The notes under the pieces are model-generated. The model saw only the letters and a list, made by a program, of their open reading frames with translations. It searched no databases and was not told where the DNA came from. This document shows, piece by piece, positions 36,095 through 45,921 of a stretch of 64,000 nucleotides of DNA. The stretch covers positions 63,703 through 127,702 of the forward strand of contig CAZILW010000001.1 in assembly GCA_964540285.1 (NCBI GenBank), given 5' to 3'. The stretch is from an uncultured Gammaproteobacteria bacterium (lineage in GTDB: Bacteria; Patescibacteriota; Patescibacteriia; Patescibacteriales; UBA12465). The position numbers and the translations under genes are program-made. Each line of letters opens with the position of its first letter. The first letter of the stretch is position 1.

Positions 36095-36502
36095 TTAATC
36101 TTTTTTAACAACCTTGCACTTAACCGGTAACTTATATGCTGCCAAATTTAAAGCTTCTACAGATTCTTTTTCTGTCAAACCATCAATTTCATACATAATC
36201 ATTCCTGGTTTAACTGGAGCAATATAGTGGTCAACACTTCCCTTACCTTTACCCATTGGAATTTCGCCACCCTTTTGAGTAACTGATCTATCAGGAAAAA
36301 TTCTGATCCAAATTTTACCATTTTTCTTAGTAAATTTAGCAATAACCCTTCTGGCTGCTTCTATTTGACGAGAACTAATCCAACAAGCTTCTAAACTTTT
36401 TAAACCATAAGATCCGAAATCAACATTAAGCAGACTGCTGGCCTTACCACCTCTCTTAGCTTTATGCATTTTTCTATGTTTAGTTTTTTTTGGCATTAAC
36501 AT
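36095..36502 (-). CDS. rplP: 50S ribosomal protein L16
   Basis: MLMPKKTKHRKMHKAKRGG start and L16 core. Confidence 0.95.
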   Translation of the reverse strand: MLMPKKTKHRKMHKAKRGGKASSLLNVDFGSYGLKSLEACWISSRQIEAARRVIAKFTKKNGKIWIRIFPDRSVTQKGGEIPMGKGKGSVDHYIAPVKPGMIMYEIDGLTEKESVEALNLAAYKLPVKCKVVKKD

Positions 36503-36614
36503 ATTTTTTGTTTAAGACTCTTGAGATCACCGAGATCCTTAGATTGCTTTTTTAATTTTATTTTAAAAGTTATTTAAGAATCTTGATAAGTTCAAGAATC
36601 TTGATAATCATAAA

Positions 36615-37274
36615 TTAATTCTTCTTAAAAACTTCACCTTTATATATCCAAACTTTAATTCCAATAGCACCATAAGTAGTATTAGCAGCTCCTCTGGCGT
36701 AATCAATATTAGCCCTTAAAGTACTAAGTGGAAGTTTACCAGAAATTAATTTTTCAGATCTAGCAATTTCAGCACCATTAAGACGACCACCAACCACAAC
36801 CTTTACACCCAATGCTCCAGCTCTTTCTATTCTAGAGATAGCTTGCTTCATAACTTTTCTAAATGGAACCCTTTTTTCTATTTCTAAAGCCATTGCTTGC
36901 ACATTGATTTGGGCGCTTAAATTAGGATTTTCTACTTCTTTAATGTTTATGCTTAAATCATCTAGTCTTATCTTCATCGGATTGCATAAAAATTTTCTAT
37001 GAAGCTTCCTTTTTAATTCTTCAACACCATTTCCACCTCTCCCAATAATAATACCTGGCTTACCAGTATAAACATCAACTGTGATTCTTCCAGAATCCCT
37101 ACTAATTTCAACTTTATCAATCCCTGCTTCTCTAAACTCCTTTAAGATATATTTTCTAATCAAAACATCTTGCTTAACATTTTTAATGTAATTATTACCA
37201 GCACTAAACCAAGTTGAAGGCCAAGTCTTAATAATTCCCATTCTTAGTATTTTTGGATTAACTTTTTTACCCAT
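36615..37274 (-). CDS. rpsC: 30S ribosomal protein S3
   Basis: MGKKVNPKILRMGI, KH domain and S3-C domain. Confidence 0.95.
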   Translation of the reverse strand: MGKKVNPKILRMGIIKTWPSTWFSAGNNYIKNVKQDVLIRKYILKEFREAGIDKVEISRDSGRITVDVYTGKPGIIIGRGGNGVEELKRKLHRKFLCNPMKIRLDDLSINIKEVENPNLSAQINVQAMALEIEKRVPFRKVMKQAISRIERAGALGVKVVVGGRLNGAEIARSEKLISGKLPLSTLRANIDYARGAANTTYGAIGIKVWIYKGEVFKKN

Positions 37275-37306
37275 ATTTTTTATTAAATAAAATTTTTAAT
37301 CAATAA

Positions 37307-37828
37307 TTATCCAGCTTTTCTTCTAAAAACCTTGTTAGCAAAACTTTTATTAGAAGATTTTAATTCATTTTTTGTTTTATCAACCTCTTTTTCTACTTTG
37401 TCATCTTTTTTGGCCTTTTTAGCTTCTTTAGAAACTTCGTCTAATTTTACTGGAGCCTCAACCTTAACTTTTTTAGCTTCTTTCTTACCGCTATCAACTA
37501 TTTCAGATAAAATAACAGTAACATGACTCATTTTTTTTCTTAAAATAGTGGCCCTACCATGAGCTCTAGGTAACCATCTCTTCAAAACTCTTCCTTCATC
37601 AACCTTAATCTCCTTGATAGTTAAATTACTCTTATCTAAATCATAATTATTAACAGCATTAGCAACTGCTGAATCTAACAATTTCAACATTGGTTTAGCT
37701 GATTTCTTATTTAAAAATTTCAATTGATTGGCAGCTTTATTTACATCCAAACCACGAACCAAGCCGGCAACTAATCTAGCCTTTCTTGGAGCTACTCTTA
37801 AGTGTTTTAAACTGGCTCTAACTTCCAT
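37307..37828 (-). CDS. rplV: 50S ribosomal protein L22 (with about 60-aa Lys/Glu-rich C-terminal extension)
   Basis: MEVRASLKHLRVAPRKARLVAGLVRG. Confidence 0.95.
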   Translation of the reverse strand: MEVRASLKHLRVAPRKARLVAGLVRGLDVNKAANQLKFLNKKSAKPMLKLLDSAVANAVNNYDLDKSNLTIKEIKVDEGRVLKRWLPRAHGRATILRKKMSHVTVILSEIVDSGKKEAKKVKVEAPVKLDEVSKEAKKAKKDDKVEKEVDKTKNELKSSNKSFANKVFRRKAG

Positions 37829-37858
37829 ATTTTTAATATATTATGATTATTTAATTAA

Positions 37859-38146
37859 TTATTTCTTAGCCTGTCCTTGGGCTTTAGCCATTTTTCCTCC
37901 ATGTCCAACAAATTTCTTAGTAATAGAAAATTCTCCTAACTTATGACCAACCATATTTTCCACAATATAAACAGGAACATGCTGTTTTCCATTATGAACC
38001 CCGATGGTTTTTCCAACCATTTCTGGAGTTATTGCGCAGGCCCTATCCCAAACCTTAATAACAGTTTTATCTTCTGGAGACATTGCCTTTATTTTTGCTA
38101 ATATTCTTTGGTTAACGTATGGTCCTTTTTTCAAACTTCTTGCCAT
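37859..38146 (-). CDS. rpsS: 30S ribosomal protein S19
   Basis: [11 protein letters not shown] ... GHKLGEF. Confidence 0.95.
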   Translation of the reverse strand: MARSLKKGPYVNQRILAKIKAMSPEDKTVIKVWDRACAITPEMVGKTIGVHNGKQHVPVYIVENMVGHKLGEFSITKKFVGHGGKMAKAQGQAKK

Positions 38147-38166
38147 AATATTATAATTAAATTATC

Positions 38167-39012
38167 TTATTTCTTCTTTTTAGAAGGTCTTCTTTTAACA
38201 ATCAGCTTATTGGATCTTCTTTTTTTTCTAGTTTTAACACCTAAAGCTGGTTTACCCCATTTAGTTTTTGGACCTTTAAGACCAATTGACTGTTTTCCCT
38301 CTCCACCTCCATGAGGATGATCGTTTGGATTCATAGCCGTTCCTCTTACGGTTGGTCTAATTCCTAAATATCTTTTTCTTCCAGCTGAGCCAATTTTAAT
38401 ATGCATTTTATCTGGATTACTAACCTGTCCAACAGTACAAAGAGATTCTTTTTTAATTAAACGGATTTCTCCTGATGGCATTTTTACTTGAGCAAACTTA
38501 CCCTCAATACCCATAACAGAAACTGAATTTCCGGCCCCTCTAGCAATTTTAGCACCCTTTCCTGGCTCTATTTCAATATTGTGCACAGAAATACCAGCTG
38601 GTATAAATTTAAGAGGCATTGAATTTCCGGTTTTTATTTCAACCAATTCTTTAGAGCTAACAATCTTATCTCCAACTTTCAATCCAACTGGAGCTAAAAT
38701 ATATTTTTTATCACCATCAAGATAAGAAACTAAAGCAATACGAGAACCTCTGTTTGGATCATATTCAATAGTTTTGACAACCGCCGGAATGTTAAATTTA
38801 TCTCTTTTAAAATCAATAACTCTAATATATCTTTTTGAACCACCTCCACGATGTCTAACGGTGATTTTACCCTGATTATTTCTACCACTTTTTTTCTTTT
38901 TTATTTTTAAAAGTTTTTTTTCAGGTGATACATTGCGAGAAATATCTGAAAAATCATCATAGGTAGCATGACGTCTCTTTGGTGTATTTGGTTTTGTTTT
39001 TTTAATTGCCAT
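38167..39012 (-). CDS. rplB: 50S ribosomal protein L2
   Basis: L2 RNA-binding domains with GGGSKR and HRGGG motifs. Confidence 0.95.
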   Translation of the reverse strand: MAIKKTKPNTPKRRHATYDDFSDISRNVSPEKKLLKIKKKKSGRNNQGKITVRHRGGGSKRYIRVIDFKRDKFNIPAVVKTIEYDPNRGSRIALVSYLDGDKKYILAPVGLKVGDKIVSSKELVEIKTGNSMPLKFIPAGISVHNIEIEPGKGAKIARGAGNSVSVMGIEGKFAQVKMPSGEIRLIKKESLCTVGQVSNPDKMHIKIGSAGRKRYLGIRPTVRGTAMNPNDHPHGGGEGKQSIGLKGPKTKWGKPALGVKTRKKRRSNKLIVKRRPSKKKK

Positions 39013-39034
39013 ATCCTTAATAAATTATATTATT

Positions 39035-39472
39035 TTAAACTCCTTCGTAAATTGATATAGACTCACCCTTTTTAAGGGAAACTAGGGCCTTTTTAAAATC
39101 TTTTCTTTTTCCACTAATCTTACCCCTGTTAATAACCTTACCCTTAACCTTAATAATATTAACCTTTTCTGGTTTTACTCCATAAACTTCAAATATAGCC
39201 TTAGCCACTTCAATTTTGTTAGCAGAGTTAGAAACAATAAAGGCATACTGGTTTAAAGAGCCAAGGTTAGCAGCCTTTTCAGTTATCAACGGTTTAACCA
39301 AAACCCTATAAGCTACTGAGCTTTTAGAACCCTTAGAGCTCTTTTCAACGCCTTCACTGTAAAGATCTTTCATTGACTTTTCTTCTTTAACCTTTTTTTC
39401 TTTATTTAAATCAATAACTTCTTTTTCGTTATTTTCAGAATCATTTGTTTTTTTAGCAGTAAATATTCCCAT
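39035..39472 (-). CDS. rplW: 50S ribosomal protein L23 (with about 50-aa N-terminal extension)
   Basis: YRVLVKPLITEKA ... L23 core. Confidence 0.9.
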   Translation of the reverse strand: MGIFTAKKTNDSENNEKEVIDLNKEKKVKEEKSMKDLYSEGVEKSSKGSKSSVAYRVLVKPLITEKAANLGSLNQYAFIVSNSANKIEVAKAIFEVYGVKPEKVNIIKVKGKVINRGKISGKRKDFKKALVSLKKGESISIYEGV

Positions 39473-39490
39473 ATTTTTAAAAAAATTTAA

Positions 39491-40153
39491 TTATTCTTTT
39501 GAATATCTTTCGTTAATTTTCTTAATTGCAGACTCTGAAATTAACAAATTTCTATTTTTTAATAAATCAACAATATTGATATTTTCTAAATTAATTATCT
39601 GAACACCAGATAAATTGCGACCAGAATTAACAGTTTTAACATCCTTGCTGTCATTTACAAATAAAACGCTTCGTCTCTTTTTTGAATCAAACCCATCAAA
39701 ATTTTTCTCTAATTTTTTCAAAGAATCATTAAAAATTTTAGTTTTAAATTCAGCCATTTCAATTTTATCAACCACTACTAAATTGTTATTTTTAAGTCTG
39801 TCAGAAAAGACCATCATTAAAGCTTTTTGCTTCATTTTTTTATTAATTTTTTTAGAAAAATTACGATCTTTTCTAGGACCAAAAGTAACACCTCCGCCAA
39901 TCCATAAAGGAGATCTGCTAGAACCAGCTCTAGCCCTGCCAGTTCCCTTTTGTTTCCATGGTTTTTTACCACCACCTCGAACCTCTGATTTAGTTTTAGT
40001 ATGGGCCAAAACTTGTCTTTCATTAGCTGTTTGAGCAACCATAGCTTGATGAACCAAATCATTGTTAATCTCTAAAGCAAAAACCTTATCAGAAAGTTTT
40101 AACTCTCCGGCTTGCTCACCATTTTGATTGTATATATTTACTTTAACAGACAT
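39491..40153 (-). CDS. rplD: 50S ribosomal protein L4
   Basis: GGGKKPWKQKGTGRARAGS. Confidence 0.95.
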   Translation of the reverse strand: MSVKVNIYNQNGEQAGELKLSDKVFALEINNDLVHQAMVAQTANERQVLAHTKTKSEVRGGGKKPWKQKGTGRARAGSSRSPLWIGGGVTFGPRKDRNFSKKINKKMKQKALMMVFSDRLKNNNLVVVDKIEMAEFKTKIFNDSLKKLEKNFDGFDSKKRRSVLFVNDSKDVKTVNSGRNLSGVQIINLENINIVDLLKNRNLLISESAIKKINERYSKE

Positions 40154-40191
40154 AAAATTTATATCAAATTTATTTTATTAATTATTTAGCC

Positions 40192-41022
40192 CTATTCTTT
40201 ATTTAAATCTTCGCTTACTTCTTCTTTTTTCTCATCTAAATTTTCTTCTTTATTTTCCTTAATTTCAACATTATTATCTTTTTCCTTCTCACTATCTTTT
40301 TTTTCTTCACTGCTATCTTCAGTTAATTCAACTTTTTCAACTTCGATTTTTTCTACATCTTTAGACTCTTCTTTATTTACGTTTTCCTTTACAACTAAAT
40401 CACCTTCACCCTTAATAATAACTAAAGAATTAACAGCTCCAGGAACAGCTCCTTTTACATACAAAATATTATTTTCCAAATCAATATCAATTACTTCCAT
40501 ATTTTTAGTAGTAACCCTGTCACCACCCATTCTGCCACCCATTCTAGTTCCTTTAAAAACATGAGCTGGGCCTTTAGCACCAACAGAACCAGAAGCTCTT
40601 AGTTGATCTTTATTTCCATGAGTTTTTTTAGAACCAGAAAAACCATGTCTTCTAACAACACCCTGAAAACCTTTTCCTTTAGATGTTCCAGTAACATCAA
40701 CAATATCTCCACTGACAAAAGTAGAAACATCAATCATCTTGCCAAGTTCTATATTTGAATTATCCTCTTTTAATCTAAATTCTCTCAAATATCTAACATC
40801 TTCACGACCCAAAGCCTTTTTTAAATGTCCCTTAACCGGTTTAGAAATATTTTTAGCCTTTCTTTCTCCGTAAGAAATTTGAACAGCCTTATAAGAATCG
40901 CTCTTATCATTTTTAACTTGAGTAATAAAACAAGGACCAGCCTGAACAAGAGTACAAGGAACAACTTTATCCCCTTGCCAAATCTGAGTCATTTTAATTT
41001 TTTTTCCTAGTATGAATTTCAT
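40192..41022 (-). CDS. rplC: 50S ribosomal protein L3 (with about 70-aa acidic Glu/Lys C-terminal tail)
   Basis: MKFILGKKIKMTQIW ... GKGFQGVVRRHGFSG. Confidence 0.95.
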   Translation of the reverse strand: MKFILGKKIKMTQIWQGDKVVPCTLVQAGPCFITQVKNDKSDSYKAVQISYGERKAKNISKPVKGHLKKALGREDVRYLREFRLKEDNSNIELGKMIDVSTFVSGDIVDVTGTSKGKGFQGVVRRHGFSGSKKTHGNKDQLRASGSVGAKGPAHVFKGTRMGGRMGGDRVTTKNMEVIDIDLENNILYVKGAVPGAVNSLVIIKGEGDLVVKENVNKEESKDVEKIEVEKVELTEDSSEEKKDSEKEKDNNVEIKENKEENLDEKKEEVSEDLNKE

Positions 41023-41301
41023 ATATATTAAAAAATTATCTAATAAAATAAAAACTGGTCCTCAACAAAAACCAGTAGCAGAAACTTTATATTATAAAAA
41101 GTAAAAGCTTAAATTTGTTTTTGTTGAAAAAAATACCTCCTATATAAATGATTGATAAATCTTTAAGGGACTTTCTTCTTATCTTAAAAGAAAGAAGAGT
41201 TTCCGAAAAAATAAACAATCAACTAATTTCAATTTAACTTATTTTAAAAAAATACAAAATAAAACAAAACAATAACCACTAGTGTGATATCCACTAATAT
41301 T

Positions 41302-41655
41302 CTAATCCATTTTTATTTCTAAGTCAACCCCTGAAGGAAGAGATAAGCTTGTTAAATCTTCGATAGTCTTAGCTGATGGTTCAATAATATCAATAAGTCT
41401 TTTATGAGTTCTCATTTCATACTGATCTCTAGCGTTTTTATGTACGAAAGTTGAACGATTAACAGTGTATTTTCTCTTTTCTGTAGGAAGTGGAACTGGG
41501 CCTGAAACTTGAGCATCAGTTCTTAGTGCTGTCTCAATTATAGTCTTGGACGCCTGATCAATTATTTTGTGATCAAAAGCCTTGATTTTAATACGAATCT
41601 TGCTTTTTGATTCACTGCTGTCCTTCTTGGTGTTCTTTTTTTTACTTTCAACCAT
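41302..41655 (-). CDS. rpsJ: 30S ribosomal protein S10
   Basis: [16 protein letters not shown] ... core; short Lys/Ser N-terminal extension. Confidence 0.95.
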   Translation of the reverse strand: MVESKKKNTKKDSSESKSKIRIKIKAFDHKIIDQASKTIIETALRTDAQVSGPVPLPTEKRKYTVNRSTFVHKNARDQYEMRTHKRLIDIIEPSAKTIEDLTSLSLPSGVDLEIKMD

Positions 41656-41739
41656 ATGGATTTACGATTAAATGTGCAAAAATTTAAAAGATCTTCTTAC
41701 TATATGCACATTTTAATTTTATATTTTATTTTAAATTAT

Positions 41740-41792
41740 AAATTATTTTAAATAAACATTATAAGCCCGTCTTTTTTCAAAAACGGGCCTAA
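41740..41792 (-). terminator. Candidate terminator after tuf
   Basis: gcccgt/acgggc stem (41765-41788) with a U-rich 3' flank on the minus strand, directly 3' of the tuf stop. Confidence 0.45.
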
Positions 41793-41796
41793 ATAT

Positions 41797-42984
41797 TTAT
41801 TTGATAATTTTAGCTACAACACCAGCTCCAACTGTTCTACCACCTTCACGAATAGCAAATCTTTGCTTTTCTTCAAGGGCAATAGGGGCAATTAATTTAA
41901 CTTTTAGATTAACTGTATCACCAGGCATAACCATCTCAACTCCTGCTGGCAATTCAATTTCACCAGTTACATCAGTTGTTCTGATGTAGAATTGAGGTTT
42001 GTAACCTTTAAAAAATGGTTTATGTCTTCCACCTTCATCTTTACCTAAAATATAAACTTCAGCTTCAAATTCTGTATGCGGTGTAACTGTTCCTGGTTTT
42101 ACTAAAACTTGACCTCTTTCTACTTCATCTTTTTTAGTACCTCTTAAAAGTAAACCAGCGTTATCACCAGCCTCACCTCTGTCCAAAGATTTGTTAAACA
42201 TTTCTACTCCAGTAATGGTAGTTTTTTTTGTTTCCATTAAACCAACGATTTCAACCTCGTCACCAACATTAACAACACCTCTTTCAATTCTACCTGTACA
42301 AACAGTTCCTCTTCCTTCAATTGAGAAAATATCCTCAATCGGCATTAAGAATGGTTTGTCCAAATCTCTTTCTGGAGTTGGAATATAATCATCCAAAGCT
42401 TTAAGTAAGTCTGTTATTGGTTGCGCATCTGGACCTGTTGGATTCTCTAAAGCCTTTAAAGCACTTCCTCTGATAATTGGAGTAGCATCTCCAGGGAATT
42501 CGTATTTCTTTAATAAATCTCTAATTTCTTCTTCAACTAAATCAATTAACTCTTTATCCTCTACCATGTCACATTTATTTAAAAATACAACGATGTAAGG
42601 AACACCAACCTGACGAGCCAACAAGATGTGCTCTCTAGTTTGAGGCATAGGACCATCAGTAGCTGAAACCACTAAGATAGCACCATCCATTTGAGCGGCA
42701 CCAGTGATCATGTTTTTAACATAATCAGCGTGACCAGGACAATCAACGTGAGCATAGTGTCTACCTTCTGTTTCATACTCTTGATGAGAAGTAGCAATTG
42801 TGATACCTCTTTGCTTCTCTTCAGGAGCATTATCAATCTCATCAACTCCTCTTTGAGTTGCTTTCATACCCTGAGCATTAGCTACAGTTAAGATAGCTGC
42901 TGTCAAAGTTGTTTTCCCATGATCAACGTGACCAATTGTTCCAACGTTGACATGAGGCTTACTGCGTTCAAATTTGTCTGCCAT
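41797..42984 (-). CDS. tuf: Elongation factor Tu
   Basis: [30 protein letters not shown] start and GTPase motifs. The start lies internal to the 41797..43032 ORF. Confidence 0.95.
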   Translation of the reverse strand: MADKFERSKPHVNVGTIGHVDHGKTTLTAAILTVANAQGMKATQRGVDEIDNAPEEKQRGITIATSHQEYETEGRHYAHVDCPGHADYVKNMITGAAQMDGAILVVSATDGPMPQTREHILLARQVGVPYIVVFLNKCDMVEDKELIDLVEEEIRDLLKKYEFPGDATPIIRGSALKALENPTGPDAQPITDLLKALDDYIPTPERDLDKPFLMPIEDIFSIEGRGTVCTGRIERGVVNVGDEVEIVGLMETKKTTITGVEMFNKSLDRGEAGDNAGLLLRGTKKDEVERGQVLVKPGTVTPHTEFEAEVYILGKDEGGRHKPFFKGYKPQFYIRTTDVTGEIELPAGVEMVMPGDTVNLKVKLIAPIALEEKQRFAIREGGRTVGAGVVAKIIK

Positions 42985-43122
42985 TTTTTTGAAAACACGA
43001 CCTCCTTTTGGAGTTACTTGCCTCAAAGGCAACCAGCCGTTTTTATTAATTATTAATAAATTTATTTATAAACAAGCAAAAATAGCTAAAGAATTAACTA
43101 TTTCCAATTTGTTTTATTCAAT

Positions 43123-43392
43123 TTAGTTTTCTGCTTCTTCTTTTACTTGCGGTGGTATCTTCCAATTATTAGAACTTTTTACATTTCCACTAACAACACT
43201 TTCATCTTCCTTGATGTTATCAATATTTTTTTTCTCTGTCAAGTCCTTTTTTTTATCATTAGAAATCAAACCCTCATACTGATCTAAGCTCATCAAGACG
43301 AAAGAATCTTCTGGCTCGCTATTATCAAAAACAATAATACGATCACCTGTTTTTTTTGACAAATTTATAACTTGTTTTAATTGTTTGGACAT
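43123..43392 (-). CDS. Hypothetical protein (89 aa)
   Basis: ORF between the pilin-LamG genes and tuf; no recognisable motif. Confidence 0.4.
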   Translation of the reverse strand: MSKQLKQVINLSKKTGDRIIVFDNSEPEDSFVLMSLDQYEGLISNDKKKDLTEKKNIDNIKEDESVVSGNVKSSNNWKIPPQVKEEAEN

Positions 43393-43457
43393 AAAATAAT
43401 ATTTTAATTATAACTAAGTATTATAATGAAAAATTAAATTATGTCAACAGGTAAAAA

Positions 43458-44615
43458 TTAATAATTAATATAAATATTTTGATAATCATGATTATATAAT
43501 TGTAAAATTTCATCAGCGCTTAAAACTCGATTATAAATTCTCGTCCTACCAATCTCACCTAAAAAATTCCAAGGATTTCCACCTATAATACCATTGCCCC
43601 AACTACCTGAGCCAAAGGTCAAGTCATTTATATTATCAATTTTTGCATATTCATTTAAAATTTTAGTACTCCAATTTTGTCCATTTAAATAGAAGCTAAA
43701 TACTTGACTTTGCCCAGTTCCACTGTAGGTCATAACCGCCTGATACCAGTCATTCAAATCTATTGAGTATCGATCTGTTATTCTATGAATACCGTCACCC
43801 CTAATAACAGCATAAATATCTATAATATTTGTTGTCAAATTATTATATTGAATATTTATTCCAAAACCAGTTCCACCTTTACCTTTAGAAACAACCCCAG
43901 CATTTCTACTATAAACATCATCCAAACAAATTTCATTCATTTTCATCCAGGTAACTATAGTAAAGTCATCGTATGTGCCAAAATCAAATTCATTTCCCTC
44001 TTGATAATAAGCTCTAGCCAATATATTCCCACTCGGAGAATTTCCGGAATATTTTGGTTTTATAGAATAAGGATTAAAACCCCAAATAGTATTATTTCCA
44101 ACAAAAACATCATTATTTCTAGTATAGTCAAAGGCTGTTTGTCCCTCACCTTCGTCAAACTTCCAAAAGCCAACTAAACCATCTACAATAACTTTTTCAT
44201 GACAATCATCATGCACAACATCATTAGAGTCAAGACATTTTAAGCCAGAACTATAATTATCAATACTTCCCTCCAAAAAAAATTCTAAACTATAATAATC
44301 ATTTTTTAAATCTTTATAATAAATAATGTTACTGGGAATATTATTATAAAAAACACTACCATTAGATCCAATAATCTGACCACCACCCTCAATAACCTCT
44401 GTGTCCGGATACCCTCCCTCTATCATCTTGTAGGCCTCGAGTGCCATTTGAAACTCTTTTATTTCCGATAAAACTTTTTTATCCCTAGCTGACCTTTTAA
44501 TAACATTAACTGAGGCAATAGCTACGGTTGTTACTAAAGAAATAATTAAAATAACAATTATAAGCTCTATAAAAGTGAAGGCTCTTCTTTTGTTGTTTTT
44601 AAAAAGAAAACTCAT
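43458..44615 (-). CDS. Prepilin-N-terminus protein fused to LamG/ConA-like lectin domain
   Basis: N-terminus KRRAFTFIELIIVILIISLV. C-terminal GEIGRTRIYNRVLSADEILQLYN is the Laminin_G_3 (PF13385)-type ending. Confidence 0.8.
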   Translation of the reverse strand: MSFLFKNNKRRAFTFIELIIVILIISLVTTVAIASVNVIKRSARDKKVLSEIKEFQMALEAYKMIEGGYPDTEVIEGGGQIIGSNGSVFYNNIPSNIIYYKDLKNDYYSLEFFLEGSIDNYSSGLKCLDSNDVVHDDCHEKVIVDGLVGFWKFDEGEGQTAFDYTRNNDVFVGNNTIWGFNPYSIKPKYSGNSPSGNILARAYYQEGNEFDFGTYDDFTIVTWMKMNEICLDDVYSRNAGVVSKGKGGTGFGINIQYNNLTTNIIDIYAVIRGDGIHRITDRYSIDLNDWYQAVMTYSGTGQSQVFSFYLNGQNWSTKILNEYAKIDNINDLTFGSGSWGNGIIGGNPWNFLGEIGRTRIYNRVLSADEILQLYNHDYQNIYINY

Positions 44616-44640
44616 ATTCTATATTAATTAATAAATAAAA

Positions 44641-45840
44641 TTAATTTTGATAGTATTCTTTAATATTGTTATACAAACCAAAAACCTCTTCCGCTGATAA
44701 AGGCTTATTAAAATACATTGCATCGTTTATACGACCTTGAAAATAGGATTCGGTAGTGCTACCACCCTTGCCTAGAAACATAGGCTTGTCAGTTCCTATA
44801 TTCATCACGGTATTTTCGATTTCAGATATCAACTGACCATTCTTGTAAAATCTACGAAAATAACCATCATCAGTTAAAACAATAAAATGCCAACCATCTG
44901 GGTATTTACTTAAAACATAATCTTCTATGGACCACCATTGCCTGTCAACAGAATCAATTGAATTTTGACTAGCAATTTTACCAGAATAAAGGGCTAGTCC
45001 CCAACGACCCAAACTCAAACCAGTACCCCACAACAATCCTCCTGAACCCTGTGGTTTTGTACCATCCAACCAAAGAGCTAAAGAATATTCTGTTTGTTTT
45101 GGCATTGTTGAAATATTAAAAAAATCATCAACTCCATCGAAATAAACAAAGCCGTCAATTAGTTTAGGCTGCAAGTCAATATTAGATTGTTCAGCATTTT
45201 TTCTTTGATAAGAAAGGTCAAAGATTGTTTGAACCATTTCACTGTTATCAGGATTAAGCTTAACCCCACCATCAGAAGACAAAAAGAGAATTAAATTATT
45301 ATAAATGTTGCTATTTTGAAAATAACTAAACAAATTATAAGTCTTACCTCTATTTAAGATGACTCCATTCCCACTACTAACAAAATCTAAATAATCCAAA
45401 CAGGCGCCTCGACAACAAGAAAAGTCAAAAATACCAGCAGAACTAAAACATTTATTTCCAGGACTAAAATTTTCATTAAAATTTTCAACCTCTAAAGCAA
45501 TATCATAACTTAAATCCGAAGAATTAAAAAAATAATCAACACCCTCAGGAATGTTTTCTAAAAAAATTAAACCAGAAGAACTACCAACAAGAGCTTGTCC
45601 CGAAATCAATTGTTCAGGATATCTGCCTTCAACATTTTTATAACTCTCTAAGGCTATTTGAACTTGGCTTATATCGTTAATTTTTTTTAAATCTTTACCT
45701 CTACTTCTAGACCTAGAAATGTTAACCATCACTAAAGTAGAAATTAAAGCAATGATAAAAACGACCACTAAAATTTCAATAAAGGTAAAAGCCTTTTTGT
45801 TTTTAAATAGATAAATATTCATATCGTTAATATAAAACAA
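44641..45840 (-). CDS. Prepilin-N-terminus protein fused to LamG/ConA-like lectin domain (paralogue)
   Basis: N-terminus KKAFTFIEILVVVFIIALIS; C-terminus GRINDAMYFNKPLSAEEVFGLYNN. Confidence 0.8.
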   Translation of the reverse strand: MFYINDMNIYLFKNKKAFTFIEILVVVFIIALISTLVMVNISRSRSRGKDLKKINDISQVQIALESYKNVEGRYPEQLISGQALVGSSSGLIFLENIPEGVDYFFNSSDLSYDIALEVENFNENFSPGNKCFSSAGIFDFSCCRGACLDYLDFVSSGNGVILNRGKTYNLFSYFQNSNIYNNLILFLSSDGGVKLNPDNSEMVQTIFDLSYQRKNAEQSNIDLQPKLIDGFVYFDGVDDFFNISTMPKQTEYSLALWLDGTKPQGSGGLLWGTGLSLGRWGLALYSGKIASQNSIDSVDRQWWSIEDYVLSKYPDGWHFIVLTDDGYFRRFYKNGQLISEIENTVMNIGTDKPMFLGKGGSTTESYFQGRINDAMYFNKPLSAEEVFGLYNNIKEYYQN

Positions 45841-45859
45841 TTATAACAAAAAAATAATT

Positions 45860-45910
45860 TAATTAAAACAAAAAACGGAGCTCTGTTATTTGCTCCGTTT
45901 TTTATTTTCA
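45860..45910 (-). terminator. Rho-independent terminator after fusA
   Basis: acggagc-tctgttattt-gctccgt hairpin (45875-45898) with U-tract on the minus strand (a T-tract on the plus strand too). Confidence 0.65.
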
Positions 45911-45921
45911 ATTTTTGTAAA

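Noticed and set aside
41797-43032. N-terminally extended EF-Tu ([16 protein letters not shown]...) and the antisense ORFs inside tuf, fusA, gap, rpsB, rplD and others
   Set aside because: EF-Tu universally starts near MAKEKF/MADKF, so the extension is read-through into the 5' UTR. The plus-strand ORFs inside conserved minus-strand genes (1534, 5258, 23153, 27000, 31902, 33250, 37332, 39615, 42191, 46483, etc.) are frame shadows.
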